This document shows, piece after piece, positions 39,257 through 52,275 of a DNA stretch of 64,000 nucleotides (position 1 is the stretch's first letter; every line of letters starts with the position of its first letter). Location: assembly GCA_030141605.1 (NCBI GenBank), contig JAQGDQ010000544.1, positions 1-64,000 on the forward strand, read 5' to 3'. Source of the stretch: Tubiluchus corallicola. Taxonomy: Eukaryota; Animalia; Priapulida. Below the pieces are notes generated by a model that saw only the letters and a list, made by a program, of their open reading frames with translations, did no database searches and was not told the origin of the DNA. The translations under genes were made by a program, and so were the position numbers.

Positions 39257-41728
39257 AGGACCAGGAAGTTCAGCTCAATACAGCATGTTTTTTAAAATTT
39301 TCTTTGTTTAAACATATCTGTTTATACACACAATAAATTATCAGCAAAGCTGCAAGGCTGTTTAACTGAAGATTCTCCTGAAAAGATCGTTTAGCCTAGA
39401 AGGCAGCGAGCGACTTTCAGAACAACGCCACCATCATCGCGAGTCCCTTGGGTGTAAAACTGTTGATTTCACTGTTCTGAGTCCGCTTCCCACTCAACGA
39501 TAACTAAATATATATTGACTTTGTCATTCGGTGGCGAGTTTCCTCACAAATTTTTAGCTCGGCCATAATTTATACAGCAGCTTGCGAAAAATGTTGTTTA
39601 CCCTGTATATTGCCAGGACGTCGCTTTACTTGGAATCTCAAAATTGAGTTACTTTTGCACATTAACTGCGCATATTATACAGAGACGTGCAGTTTTGCTG
39701 TAGACTTTATGGCTGATGATCAACATTACCTGCGTCTTGTGGAAATGCAGCTAGCAGCAAGAGATGTCAAGTATCTTAAAAAAACTCCTGCCATTTTGAA
39801 TGACCATTCTACATGATGACGAACATGTCTCAGGTTTGGTCTGACATCTTGAGGATAAGAAGTGCGTGTAAGTAGTCAATTCCCAAGCGATGCTTGCGCG
39901 TCTTATAGTGGCGTTCGTTAGTAGCCAAATCTAATATCACAGGCAAACTAATATTTTCCTCAAGTTTGCAGAGAAATCTTCTAGAATTGTGTACGTCCGT
40001 CAAAATGATCAACAGACAAGTCTATAGTTGATTTGAGCATCGACCATAGACGTACGAGGCGGTGGGGGGGGGGGTGTTGCCCTCCCAGAGCAAATAAATT
40101 TTACCTTTTCAGGACAAAGCGATTTATTTTCAAGGCAAATAATTGCATATTAAAATTCCAAGTTTAATATTGAATATTTAAATTTTTTTTAAAATATCCC
40201 CATGAAAATTTTTTTAAGCGCATGGGCTTTAAAGGATGCAAAAATAAACTTACAATTTCATTTTTAAAAAAATGTCTGCTGATTCCTGTTTGAAAAATGG
40301 ACGAAAGCTATTTACGAGTCTAGTGACGTTTTTGTGACAGCATTAAAAAATAAACCCCGTCAATCAAATAACATCAAGCAGCTTGAAATCTATCATCATT
40401 TGAAGCTGATAGAACTAGTCTTAAACGGACTAAAGAATGAAATAACCCGTCTCAGATGAAATTCTTTTACAAGCAATTATACTTTACTGTAATGAACGCT
40501 AAGCCTTTACAGGTAATTTAGTGAGAGAGCTGATGATTGTGTTCATCAGTTCAACAAGTCTTCTGTACTGCGTGCCTAAACAAGGGGTGTCACTGATTAC
40601 ATCCTAAACATCTAACAAACGTTTTTAAGTGAAAGCCACGAGGCGTCACTATTATTATCTAGTTGACAGTGCCTGATTGATGTACGCCTTAATCGTGGAC
40701 TAACTGCCACCATTCTTGGTAGTTGAAAATTTCTAGAAAGCGACAATCAGGCGTCCGGAGAAATCGAGCTGGCAAACACAGTTCACAATTGGATTTTTAA
40801 AATTCGTTTAGCTAACAAAGGAAGCAAGTCGGTCGTTACGTGTTGGTAATTACATAAGGAGGAATTCGCAGCGGTTTTGTGCCTTGTTAGTCCCGCTGGG
40901 AGTTTGTGACGCCTAATGACCTGTTTTGTAGGAATCGTCACCAAATGCGAACGTAAACAACCGAGCCTGTTAATCCCCAAATATGACAATTTGTTAACAA
41001 AAAGTGTTAAAGCTATTTTGTGTGACATTGCCTGTGTACCAGTTTTTGACTCTTAACATTCTGTAATTCATTGCAAAATTGATATGTTTTTGTTGTTATG
41101 ATATTTATAACAGAGCTCGCCTTGAAATAAAAAGTTACTTACTCACTTACTGTATCTATAGATATCACTACAGGCTACGGTTTCTCGGGTCATGCTGATT
41201 TTTTCCTTAGACTGCAAGATAATTAGATAGTTGAAAGAACTTTGGATTTTGGAAACTGTCTTGGGAAAGAATGGAGTAGATAAAGAAGTTGTGTATCAGA
41301 TGATGATACTTCATGGTAAATTGACACACGAAAAGTGCTTAACCTTCTGAATCTGTATTTTTCCAATGCAGTTGGCGAGCGTTTCAGGCTGTAATGTAGC
41401 TGCTTGTATCCATGTCTCACAATAGTAATAGTAGTAAGTTGACATGTCCATGCAGTTATACAAAGTTACAACAACAGTTACAGGACGACAGTTCTATAAG
41501 TAACAAGTACACTAAACTTTTCAGATTGCAGTAAAACAGTTCCCATGCCGTGAATTTAAGTAGCTCGTCCTACCGATCCATGAGCCGAATGCGCGTACCT
41601 TCATTGGTCGGCCGGTTGGTCGTTCTGTGGATTCGTCTGTTTAATATCTCGGTCAAAGTTTTAGATTATTAGATTAGATTAAATTATTATTTTATTTCGG
41701 CAGGTAGGTAGTAAATTACATAAAAAAT

Positions 41729-41745
41729 ACACACACGCACGCACG

Positions 41746-41781
<36 letters not shown>
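41729..41781. repeat. (CA)n/(CACG)n microsatellite
   Basis: Seen directly. Confidence 0.95.
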
Positions 41782-41784
<3 letters not shown>

Positions 41785-43281
41785 ATAAATAAATTTACAA
41801 TTATAATTACAAAAAACATGAAAACTACAATCTTTTGCAGGCTGCAGCACGGAACTCGCTTCTTTTTGCAAAAATGGCCGCAAGAACTTGTGTGACTTGA
41901 TAAAGCACATCTCTCGCGTTTTCTCATATTTCAACGTTTCACGGTTATTTGCCACGCGTGCTACAATGCTAATATATTCGTGTCTGAATTACATTTTGTT
42001 AACAGGACACAGTTTGTAAGTAGTCAGGCGAGATATGACTTTAAATATTTACCACTCTGTCTTCGATTCGCCGCTGTGAAAAGAGATAGAAATAGGGCGT
42101 ATCCAGGTCCATTCGCTGTCAACCTGGAAATGATTACAGGCCATTTTGCTGACTGTCGTTCTAACATAAATATTTGCAAAAATCACATCTAGTAAAATCG
42201 CCGTGGGAAGGTTTACCGCTTTTGTGCACGCCATTTTCAACAAGTTTACTAACTACCGGGCGCGATGGCGGAAAAATCCGTTAAAATATGTTATGCGGGC
42301 TTTGAGATATTAGTGCTAGTCATCAATCATTGCGAAGCTAATTCAACTGGAATCAGCAAATTTAGCGGATTCAAATTTCCTAAGTGGTTTAACTGGCAAG
42401 TTCTAACGCAAGGTTGCATGTGTGTGCGTCGTGTGAGTGCTTGAATGAAGAGTGCTTTAATCTGACAGATTTTTCAAAAATTGTTTCTCGCGAGTTTAGT
42501 TCAAAGCGTCTACGGAAGAGGCTAGTGACGACAGCGCCACATGACGTCACATCACGACCTAGTTGAACTAACCAGTGTAGACAAAGTCCCCTAGGTGAGC
42601 GTTGAAGTTAAGGAATGCAGAACTTACTGTTGAATTTTAACAAAAAAAAAGACGATCACTAAGGAAACACGGACCCACGTTTATTACGTGACTATGCCTG
42701 ATCCAGTGCGGTTTACTAATGTGTGATTGAACAGTTTGCCCTCATTTTCGCATTTTGGTTCCTACCTCGAGCCCAAGCAATCTCAGTTTTTTTAACTGTT
42801 ATGTGTTGTCTGTCCTTCCTAGGTTCATGACTCGGTTTTTGAGTTGTTCAAGGTTATGCATGGTTCATTTTGGCCGATGTCCTATGTCCTTTGACAGGGT
42901 TCACCATTCGTCACATCCTTGTCACGTCTCCCCTGCGATCCCAGGTGTCCACCCTGCAGGATTGATGATTCTTGCTCTACGTGTTTACGAGCTAATTACG
43001 TGTTTACGAATTTTCGATTGTGTACACAACAGCGAAGACGACGATGGCGATGACGATGACACGTGATCACTTAAACTCCATTCATGATGTAGGTACAATA
43101 ATGGAAAAAGCTGGTGTTGACAAAGGTAAGCACTATTGATGTGAACACTCTATTGGTGTACAAAAAAATTTAAGGAGCGTTAAGCTAGCATAAATACGAA
43201 GTTAACACGGGTGGCTTACTGGGCTAAACTTCTGTATTTATGCATCCTATCTCTTTCCAAAAATGTACTGAAGATGTTTAA

Positions 43282-44086
43282 AAGCAAACAGGGTGATTTT
43301 TCACCCAGTCCTATTTTGAAGAATCATAAAAGTATACGTTCTAACATCTGCCAATAATGCCAAGCGCTTCCGACAAGTCAATTCAATTCAAATTTTTATT
43401 CCGTAGCTAAGACCATATAAAATACGAGTACCAAAATGAAATGAAATACAATGCAATACAAAAATTACAAGATTATATATAATTATGTATACAAAGCTAA
43501 ATAAATTTTAAGATACTAATAGTGTAGTAATTCATTCCATTTCATAAAAAAACAAGTTGGCAAGTCTCTATGAGTTAACAATAGCAGTTATAACTCTATT
43601 GCCCATATGTCGTAATAATTTCTTAATACTAGGCTAAACACTAGGTTAAAAACTTAATTATCTGTGGGTGAGCCGTCACAAATGAACATAATGGGTGAGT
43701 TGCAGGTGTTTGCAAACGTAAAAATTGAAAGAAAATTTTGCTGTACAACATCGACTGTGACACATAAAAACTGGACATATTAATGCTTAGATATTTTGTT
43801 TGCAAGCTTAAAGCTGTGTTATCGTGCGATTACGATTCCACCATAAATGTATGCTACGTCAGAAATGAACAGAGAGGTACAGCGTCTGGTTTTTTTGCAA
43901 GATTCAGGCATTGCGTCCATCTAACGAGAGAATCTCGAAATGCATGTAACATGCGGACATAAAATTAAACGTCTGTGGCAATAATTCTTTCATGTATGTC
44001 ACTTTAAAAAACAATTATAAACTATTTCGGTATTTTGTACATAATATTATTTTGAGCTATAGTTTAAACTTGCGTTCTGTTCCCCG
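43282..44086 (+). mobile_element. Kolobok-like element, copy 5 (diverged, interrupted)
   Basis: TTAA at both ends; homology interrupted at ~43378-43635 by a minus-strand retroelement 3' end (aataaa + ttgaa repeats). Confidence 0.65.
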
Positions 44087-44766
44087 TTAAGAATAAGAAT
44101 ATGATTTGATGATATTTGAATTAAGACAATTCAATTGAATTCAATAATAAAGCACAAGAAGACTCTTCACTTACACAAAGCTTAAAATGTTCGTCTTGAA
44201 ACTTTATACCGACTTGCATACTGCCTTTTTGTATACAGGGCTTGCGTCGACAATAACGCTGTATAATATAAAAATGTAAGCTTAAAGTCCCGCGATGACC
44301 GTTAGACGCAGTGATTTTGACAATAACTCATTTGAAGCAAGTTTAGATAACACTGAGTAAAGTTTGGAAAAATAATCACAGCATTCGTAGCGCACACCTC
44401 ACTAACTGAGTAAAAATTTAAATTACTGTATCTTGTTAATAAGATTAAAAATACGTTTAGTGGTTAGTGAGTGATGCACCCTGGAGGGTGAGTCAGTGAC
44501 ATTTTACCAATTGGTGAAAGCATTTTAAATCATTAATAATTTTCTTTTCTAGCTACATAAGTCTGTCAAGCAGGTAAAATGGTAAGTAATATAAGTTTGC
44601 ACGGAAAGTTTTCTTGGGACATCGTTTAACATTTCCTTTTCTTCGCCTGATTTTATGTAGTGTGTATATGACGTCATGTAATGGCGCGGATTGCTATGAA
44701 GGAAGGTGATATTTAAAGGCGTTTTTTCTGAAACCTACTTCAGGTACCCTTTTTCTTGCCTTTTAA

Positions 44767-45383
44767 TGCAAAACCGGACCCAATTTTAAACTGTAGGCAA
44801 ACCAATCTACTCTTTAAAATAATGAAAGGAAACATACCATTTTTTCCAAAAATGACTTACGCGATAAAAAAGAATTATTACCACACAAACACAATTTCGC
44901 GTTCGCGCCACTAGTTCTTCACTGTTCTGTTACATTTCGTTATTCGTTAGTTAGATGGGCCTAGCGCCATAATTCCGGAAACGCATTTCACAAAAAACAG
45001 GTGCTGTACCTTCTCAGTTCAGATGCGTTAGTTTGTGACGAACTACACACGTTCGACAGCTCATGCGTGAGCACAGCCGTAAACCTGAAATTTGATTTTT
45101 TTATCTTAAAACTTGTCTTGTTTTAGTACAACACACCGAATACCTTACAGTAGCACTGTACTTAAATTATTGCTTTTGCAAACACGTGCAACACGCCCGT
45201 GGAATATTTTGCTGTTGAAAATTATGTTAATTTGTGAAATCTGAGCTCGCCCGCTGCTAATTAAGTTTTTAATATATTATTTAATTGAAACTGCTTTACA
45301 GTATTACTTGTGTTAAAATATATACTTTTATCAGACTTGAAAATGGGTAAGTACATGTATATGAAAAATCATCTTGCCTTCCT
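44767..45383 (-). mobile_element. Kolobok-like element, copy 6
   Basis: TTAA|TGCAAAACCGG ... CTTGCCTTCCT|TTAA. Confidence 0.85.
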
Positions 45384-47284
45384 TTAACTGTTGCAGTCGT
45401 CCTTGTTGGAGCCTATCAGTTTATCACAGATCACTTTGTCATAATAACAGCAGCATCCCAGCAAGCGTAGTCCTTGCGTGGACGTGTTAGCGGAGCAATT
45501 TATTGTAATCATTCCACCATATTAGGCATGGCATTAATCTGGATTGTAACCAGAAGATTATACATTATTACAATAACACTGCCACCATATTACTTACACT
45601 CGCTCTCAAATAATTACAGCTTATTCTTGGAACTCAATAGTTAGAGCAGCAGTAATTGGAAATGTTATTAGAATTATAGTTCTTCCTAATATCATACCTA
45701 TGCCCCGTGATGATCGTAAATAGACTAATTTGCTCTTATAATAATTTATTTGTTATTCATGTTGTACATGATACAGGTCCAAGCCTATCCGCCTGCATTC
45801 ATTTGCGTGGAATTGAACTCCGGAAAAGTTAACCGTGAAATGTTTTTGAACACTTGAAGCCTTGCATATATTGATTATTTTTTTAATTACACGGTTATTT
45901 TTTATATTTAGCTATTACTGTAAGACCATTTCAGTCCTGGTATTTTATACAAGGATTTCGGTTTACTAATTAAGGCTGTTTGTGATAGTCAATTGGTGAT
46001 GGCATCCTAATTACATATGTGTTTATTGGTTTCGTTTCATAGAATGTTCTGTTCTATGCTTGTCAATCCAGATTTTAGATTGGCTTTCCGTAAATTGATC
46101 AGAAAATTTTCTAAACGTACTAATGTAAAATGTATACCCAATAACAATGGTGTTGTTATTCTAATAATGTGTTTGTCAACATAATGTACTTGTTCGAATC
46201 TTTTAAATAAGCGTTTGATAAATACATTATCTAATATTAAACATTAGATTGAAAATTTTACTTTACGTTATTAGAATATTTTTAAACAAAGAACGGCTTC
46301 CTTAGACCCAAACTAGACATTTTTTTAACCAGTTCGAATTCAAACCTCGCGCAATTCTTGCCATAATTTTAGGGTGACCCATGTCAATAGGATCATCTCT
46401 TTTATTCGATTTCTGATAATAAAATAACGATAAATTTTTCAAGCCAGCAACTAGCTACAGAGCTATCTCGGTAGATAACGCGATTAATATGACCAGCTAT
46501 ACATTGAAAATAGTTCAGTCTAGTGTTGCAACAATCAAGAAAATAGTGCTGCTAATAATAACGTTAGATAATATTATGTTGGTGTAAATCGTCTCACAGC
46601 CTAGCTTAGCCAAAAAAACGTGCCTAAGTGCATGATCATTGCAAAGAAAGTTTCAAAGAATCACCCGATTCATAGCATGTTCTCTCCATCGATGCCCGTT
46701 AATTCCCTCTCCGCTTTTTGCCAGTTTCTCAATCCTTTTTCTCCCTGACTCCGCCCGCTCAATTCTTCTTCACTAGACGTTTTCGAAAATTCGGAATTAG
46801 ATGTTAGATGAGCCATCGAGTCTTGTAACAAGGGAAAATCTACAAGCAGACCAAAGACTTGAAAATGAAAATAGACGATTTTGAGTCTTGCGATTCACTC
46901 TCCGTGTTGTGAATAACAATGGCTCGAGCAGAGTTAATAGACCTAAAGGAGCACTGCAGGCGCAGCTGGTGGGTAATAATGGCGACCACGTGATGAATAC
47001 AAAAATTGCATTAGAAGCCAGGAAGGCAGGAAAATGCCTCCAGTCTAAAAGTCTGGATTTCCTGGCTTAATGAAAATGGTTCCTGCCCAATTATTATGCT
47101 TCTCAAGAAAGCTGGCAATGGTACAAGAGCTTGCTTATATGTGTACGTGCTACGTACGTAATTCTCTCTGTGGGTTTCGGAGTCAGACAGCAGACGCTAC
47201 TTGTGAGTATGAATACAGATGTAGATGGGAACGTATAGAAAAAGCTTGACTATTGCAGGCATTACTTGACTTCTACAGTTATTT

Positions 47285-47605
47285 AGATTTTTACACTAGA
47301 ATGAAAGAAATCCTTGGAGTTCAAAGTCAAGCTCCGAAGATTAAAATAGTTAGATTGCCATCTTTGATTTCAAGTGAAACGTCAGTAAGAATCGCTCTAG
47401 AAGAAGTAAACATACTTAGTAAACCAAAAACGTCTTGGAAAGGCAGTGATACAAAGGCAACAACTACAACCAAATCTAGCATTAGAAGCAAAAGAACTTA
47501 CCCAATTAGCTTCAGATAGGGGTGGAATATTCTTAAAAATGGTAGTGCCTCAATGTCTACAGCCAACAGACGGAATTCAAAGAAAGGAAAAGAAAAGAAA
47601 ACGAG
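47285..47605 (+). mobile_element. RTE LINE 3' fragment, same family as 37617-38215
   Basis: DFYTR..WSSK..ETSVRIALEE..KPKTSW; shared 3'UTR gcctca.tg.ctaca and purine tail. Confidence 0.8.
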
Positions 47606-47957
47606 AAACCGAAGGGTGAATGATGTTTTGCTTGAACAAAACACAATTTAGATTGTTTTATTTGTCTTGTTAAAATTACATTATTCTCAAGCGACATTAT
47701 TCTTAAACGACATATGCACGCTTTTGTTTTATATGCAAAGTTATATGCAAAACGGTTTCAGGGGAGAGTTCATTCATGGTTCGTTATTTAGTTGATTGTT
47801 TGTATCCGCAAACAGTGTTTTCGATGAACAAATTCTCAAGGCATCCCGTAGAAACAAATTGTTAAATAATTGCGTTTCTAACTCAGTGGAGTTGTTTCAG
47901 ACATTGATAATTTTGACAAATTTCGTTGACAGGACACACGAAGAGACGCTATCGATG

Positions 47958-48145
47958 TTAGTTTCTATTGCTGGTCTAGCGACTGCTGCTGCTGCTGATG
48001 ATGATGAAATTGTTACGACGATGATGACGGCGATGATGTAGTTGCCCCAATTGATTATAAGATACAAGCACGAAAAGACATATGCGATAATATAGTTTCT
48101 ACTGGTGTCTTGTCACTGCTGCAGCTGATGATAGTGGTGACGATG

Positions 48146-48177
<32 letters not shown>

Positions 48178-48370
48178 GATGATGATGAAAATGTCATGAC
48201 GATGATGACGGTGATGATTCAGTTGCCCCAATTGATTATAAGATACATGTACGAAAAGACATATGCGATATTATAGTTTCTACTGGTGCCTTGTCACTGC
48301 TGCAGCTGTTGATAGCGATGACGACGACAACGATCATGGTGATGTTGATGATGACGATGATGATGATGTA
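47958..48370. repeat. ~181-bp tandem repeat (about 2.3 copies) containing (GAT)n blocks
   Basis: agttgccccaattgattataagatac...tagtttctactggtg.cttgtcactgctgcagctg at ~48040 and ~48221. Confidence 0.9.
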
Positions 48371-48904
48371 AATTTTATTTGTTCTGAACATGATTGTAAA
48401 ATTATATAATGAAGTTTGGGAATCGGAAGGAGAGGTGGTGATTAAGTAAATTACAGTAGTTGTCTTGTGGCATTTTATTATTCAGTGTTCTGACGGAAAC
48501 ATACAGCTCACCTTGCAGTCTCAGTCCTTCAGCGATGAGCCTGAAGTGGTTTAATTAAATGTAATCACGATGAATGGCGATGATGATGATTGCGGCAGAT
48601 GAAACTACCTGCCTTCATTTCTGTTAGTGCTGCTAGCTCATCAACAAATCGAAGTACTACAGCAACGTTGTAGGGGCTCAGCTCACCTGGAGCACCTTTT
48701 CAAAATAAATGTTTGTTGCGAGTAAACAACAATTAGCAACGAATATGTTCTCAATTGTCGTAAATAGAAATTGCAAAAACATAATATTCATTGAAATTTA
48801 ATAAGAAGACACTGCGTGGATATTCTCGCATTATTGATCAGCTGTGGTACCAGTACCAGATTTTAGTGAGTTTTAGTGTAAACACGTTTAAGTCACTGAT
48901 TACG

Positions 48905-49270
48905 CAGGGTGTTCTAGAAGAAATAGTGCAGAACAAATATGGTGAGCATTGAAATATGCTAATCAAATCACATTGAAACGCGATTGGGCGTTAAGTCATA
49001 TAGTAAAAGATTATTCTACAATAACTGCTGGAAATATCCACCGTTAACTTGAGACATGAAGGGTAACGACAATGCATGTTACGGAAAACACGTTTAAGTT
49101 CACCAGGTGCCTTGCTATTTTATCCAAATGAGCCTGAGCTTTCGCATCATGACATCGTAATGACGTAAAATTAATATCGTACTTACTTAACTACACTTTC
49201 CCTATTATGCACCTTGGTTTTCGTATATTCCAATATATGTGTATCGGCACATTTTTTCTGAAACACCCCG
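48905..49270. mobile_element. Tc1/mariner-type MITE
   Basis: cagggtgttctagaagaaatagtgc ... gcacattttttctgaaacaccccg|TA; related to 16521-16842. Confidence 0.65.
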
Positions 49271-49706
49271 TAGGACTTGCGGATTAGTGACCTTCTGTGC
49301 ATATCTGATTTTGCAGTCTGGCTAGCATGCGGTTAAAATACCGTCTCCAATACCAGGATTTGAGCGGAATCATACTAATGAGTCTTCGGAGACGACGCGT
49401 CTATGTCTGCCGCTTTCGGTAATAAAATGGCTAACTTTACTGCAAAATTAATAAAATACTGATAATGACATCATTAAATTTTCTGTGCTTGTCTTAATGT
49501 TTCCTCTTCTGCGAATTGTCCGATGTTGCATAAATATTTAATATATTCGTTGTGCCTAAACATGTAACTAAATGCGTTAATATTTTTTATCTTCTAACGT
49601 TTATTTATTAATGACTGGACTGGAAAGATTTAGAAGTCCAAATGCACAGAAGTGCTGAAATTGCACGGAGTCGCTAATGTAAGCATGGAACAAATCAAAT
49701 ATTTAA

Positions 49707-50105
49707 ATGAATGAATGATTAAATGAATGAATGAAGGATTGATTGAATGAATGAATAAATGATTGAATGAACGAATGAAGGAATGAATGAATGAATGAAT
49801 GAATGAATGAATGAATGAATGAATGAATGAATGAATGAATGAATGAATGAATGAATGAATGAATGAATGAATGAATGAACGAATGAAGGAATGATTGAAT
49901 GAATGAATGAATGAATGAATGAATGAATGAATGAATGAATGAATGAACGAATAAACGAATAAACGAATGAATGAATGAATGAATGAATGAATGAATGAAT
50001 GAATGAATGAATGAATGAATGAATAAATGAATGAATGAATGAATGAGTGAGTGAAAAAGAGAATGAATAAATTAATGGATGACTGGACGAATGAACGATT
50101 GAATG
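49707..50105. repeat. (GAAT)n microsatellite
   Basis: Seen directly; explains the FIHS-repeat ORFs. Confidence 0.97.
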
Positions 50106-50789
50106 ATTTATAAACAGGTGGACGATAGTGACGCAAAAATGCCACATAGTTTAACTAATATGAACTTTTACACACTAATGTAACTTAATGATTTCTAATT
50201 AAACTGCTTCTGAGAACCCGACACAACATTGTTGCATGCAACGTCAGGTCCTGGATGCAACACATTAATTTTATTTTCAGTAGATTTGTGTCACAAAATG
50301 TTGCCATTCCACAACTACAGTTGTGCGAAATGCACGAAATGATCTCACTAGGAAAACCTTATTAAGGAAGTGAAGAACAAGCACAAAAATCTCAACATAA
50401 ACTTACATATATATTGTTGATTGACTGATTAAGAGATAGTCGAACATGATACTTTAGTTCAGTCCATAGATCACTACAAAAAAGGACTTTTGATCATATA
50501 ACATGATCATTTCTGTCAAAAAATAACTGAAGAATTATTTACGAATTCTCACTACACACTTATTGTCGCCTTACTGTCCAAAAACAGCTTACATAAATAG
50601 AAAAATCTTAACAAAATTTACGCCGTAAAACATACTGGTATGTATATTTGATAATTACTCCATTCAGCAGATTGGTTTCTATTATAAGAAGTACTCGTGC
50701 TTGTTTGTGGAAAAACAATTTTGCACTGAATTCCAAACAAAAAGTATATCATTGGAAAAGAGCTGGATTTGCTAGAAAACCAAATCGCA

Positions 50790-52275
50790 ATGTACAAAGA
50801 ATGTATGGAAAACATGAACAAGTTCAAGCTTCAGCTAGCCTGCAGAGTACTGAATTGCATAGACAGGCTACCATGCGAACACGAAACCCCAAGGGCCCGT
50901 AAAAATGCGTCTGCAAAAATAATGGTATGCCCAAGCATGGCTCTGACGTTTAGTAGAATCTTGCTCAGAAGGTCACCTTTGACAACGAGGCAGGTACCGG
51001 TGTACAGGCACCGTTAGAAGCAAGCAGGTATAGGCCAAACTGTGCACGCTTAGAAATGCTATCTTTATCACCTGCGTGTTGACGTAAAGTAAAAGCCGAG
51101 TCTTTCGGCAAGTTGAGCTTGATTTAATATTTGAAAAAAATGTTAGAAAGTTTAAGCAAAAAAGTTGTGATAAGCTGCTGGTGTAAATAGTAAAATTGCC
51201 ATCACTTCACGCTTGGGCGCGCTCAGTTTCAACGAAAAATGACGTCATGCGGTAACCGTGTAATATAAACCCTTATCCTGCCAGTTGCTTGAATAAAATT
51301 ATTGCAGTTGCAGTTACTATTATCGACTATAAATAATCCAAAATGTTAAACAAGAGCTTATTAATACCAATTTTCAGTTTTTAATGAATCTCGCTTATAA
51401 CTTAAAAACAGTTTTAAGGCTGATATAACAACCTGGAATTAACCCCAACAAAGTAACAGAATAATTATTTTAATGAGCTAAAACTAAACTCTGTAAACTG
51501 GGTACCCAAACATGCTCGCAGAATTACATGCTTATATTAAAATCTATCAATTAATTATAGTGTACACATTGCGCTTACACATTTTAAGGTATAATCCTGT
51601 GGATTAAAGCTACGTAAGCACCTCAAAGTTGTTAGTAATTGCTCGGATGATCAATTTTTACATAGACACCGTTAAACAGAACGCTAGAATAGCGGAACTA
51701 CTGAATGAATTGCAGAAGTTTTACCACGCGTACCGTCATGACGTTGACACTGTCCACCATCTTACGTCATGTTTTTCAAATGTGCCCGCAGCGAGGTTCA
51801 TATAACGGAAGAAAAGAAAGATTTATACGCGTACATTGTGTGGTAATTTCAATATTTTTAATTGTATGTTAAAATACAACGAATATTGTTCGGGGTTAGG
51901 TTTTCCTTTAAAAATACTGATCTGTATGAACAGTATTTAGTTGGCCACCATGCTTGCTTCAAAGACGCGTGTGCGTCTCCAAACGTAATGGTATCCGCAT
52001 ATGACTATAATGCAGTTGATTGTTGCTTAGTATATTTTCGTGCGTGTAAAATCAATGCAAGGAATAAAAACACGGAAACGGATTCGCAAACTGAAGCAAT
52101 GCATGATGCAGCGGACGTTCAATACGCAATTATTCTTGAGGATTTGCAAAAAGAGCGCATGTTAATGAGAAGACTCAGGAAGGCTCTGCAAGAAATGACA
52201 AGAACCACTCTAGGTAAATTTTCGTCGCTGAAGCGTATTAAAGATAAAAATGTTGCAATTGTGGTCCAGCAAAAT
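50790..52275 (+). CDS. Candidate multi-exon coiled-coil protein gene (partial, unrecognised)
   Basis: Phase-consistent manual model 50790-50924, 50957-50993, 51666-51795, 52062-52275, ending at AAT|GTGAGT; helical segments NARIAELLNELQKF and ILEDLQKERMLMRRLRKALQEM. Several splice sites are weak. Confidence 0.35.

Noticed and set aside
49630-50147. FIHS-repeat ORFs
   Set aside because: Translations of (ATTC)n.
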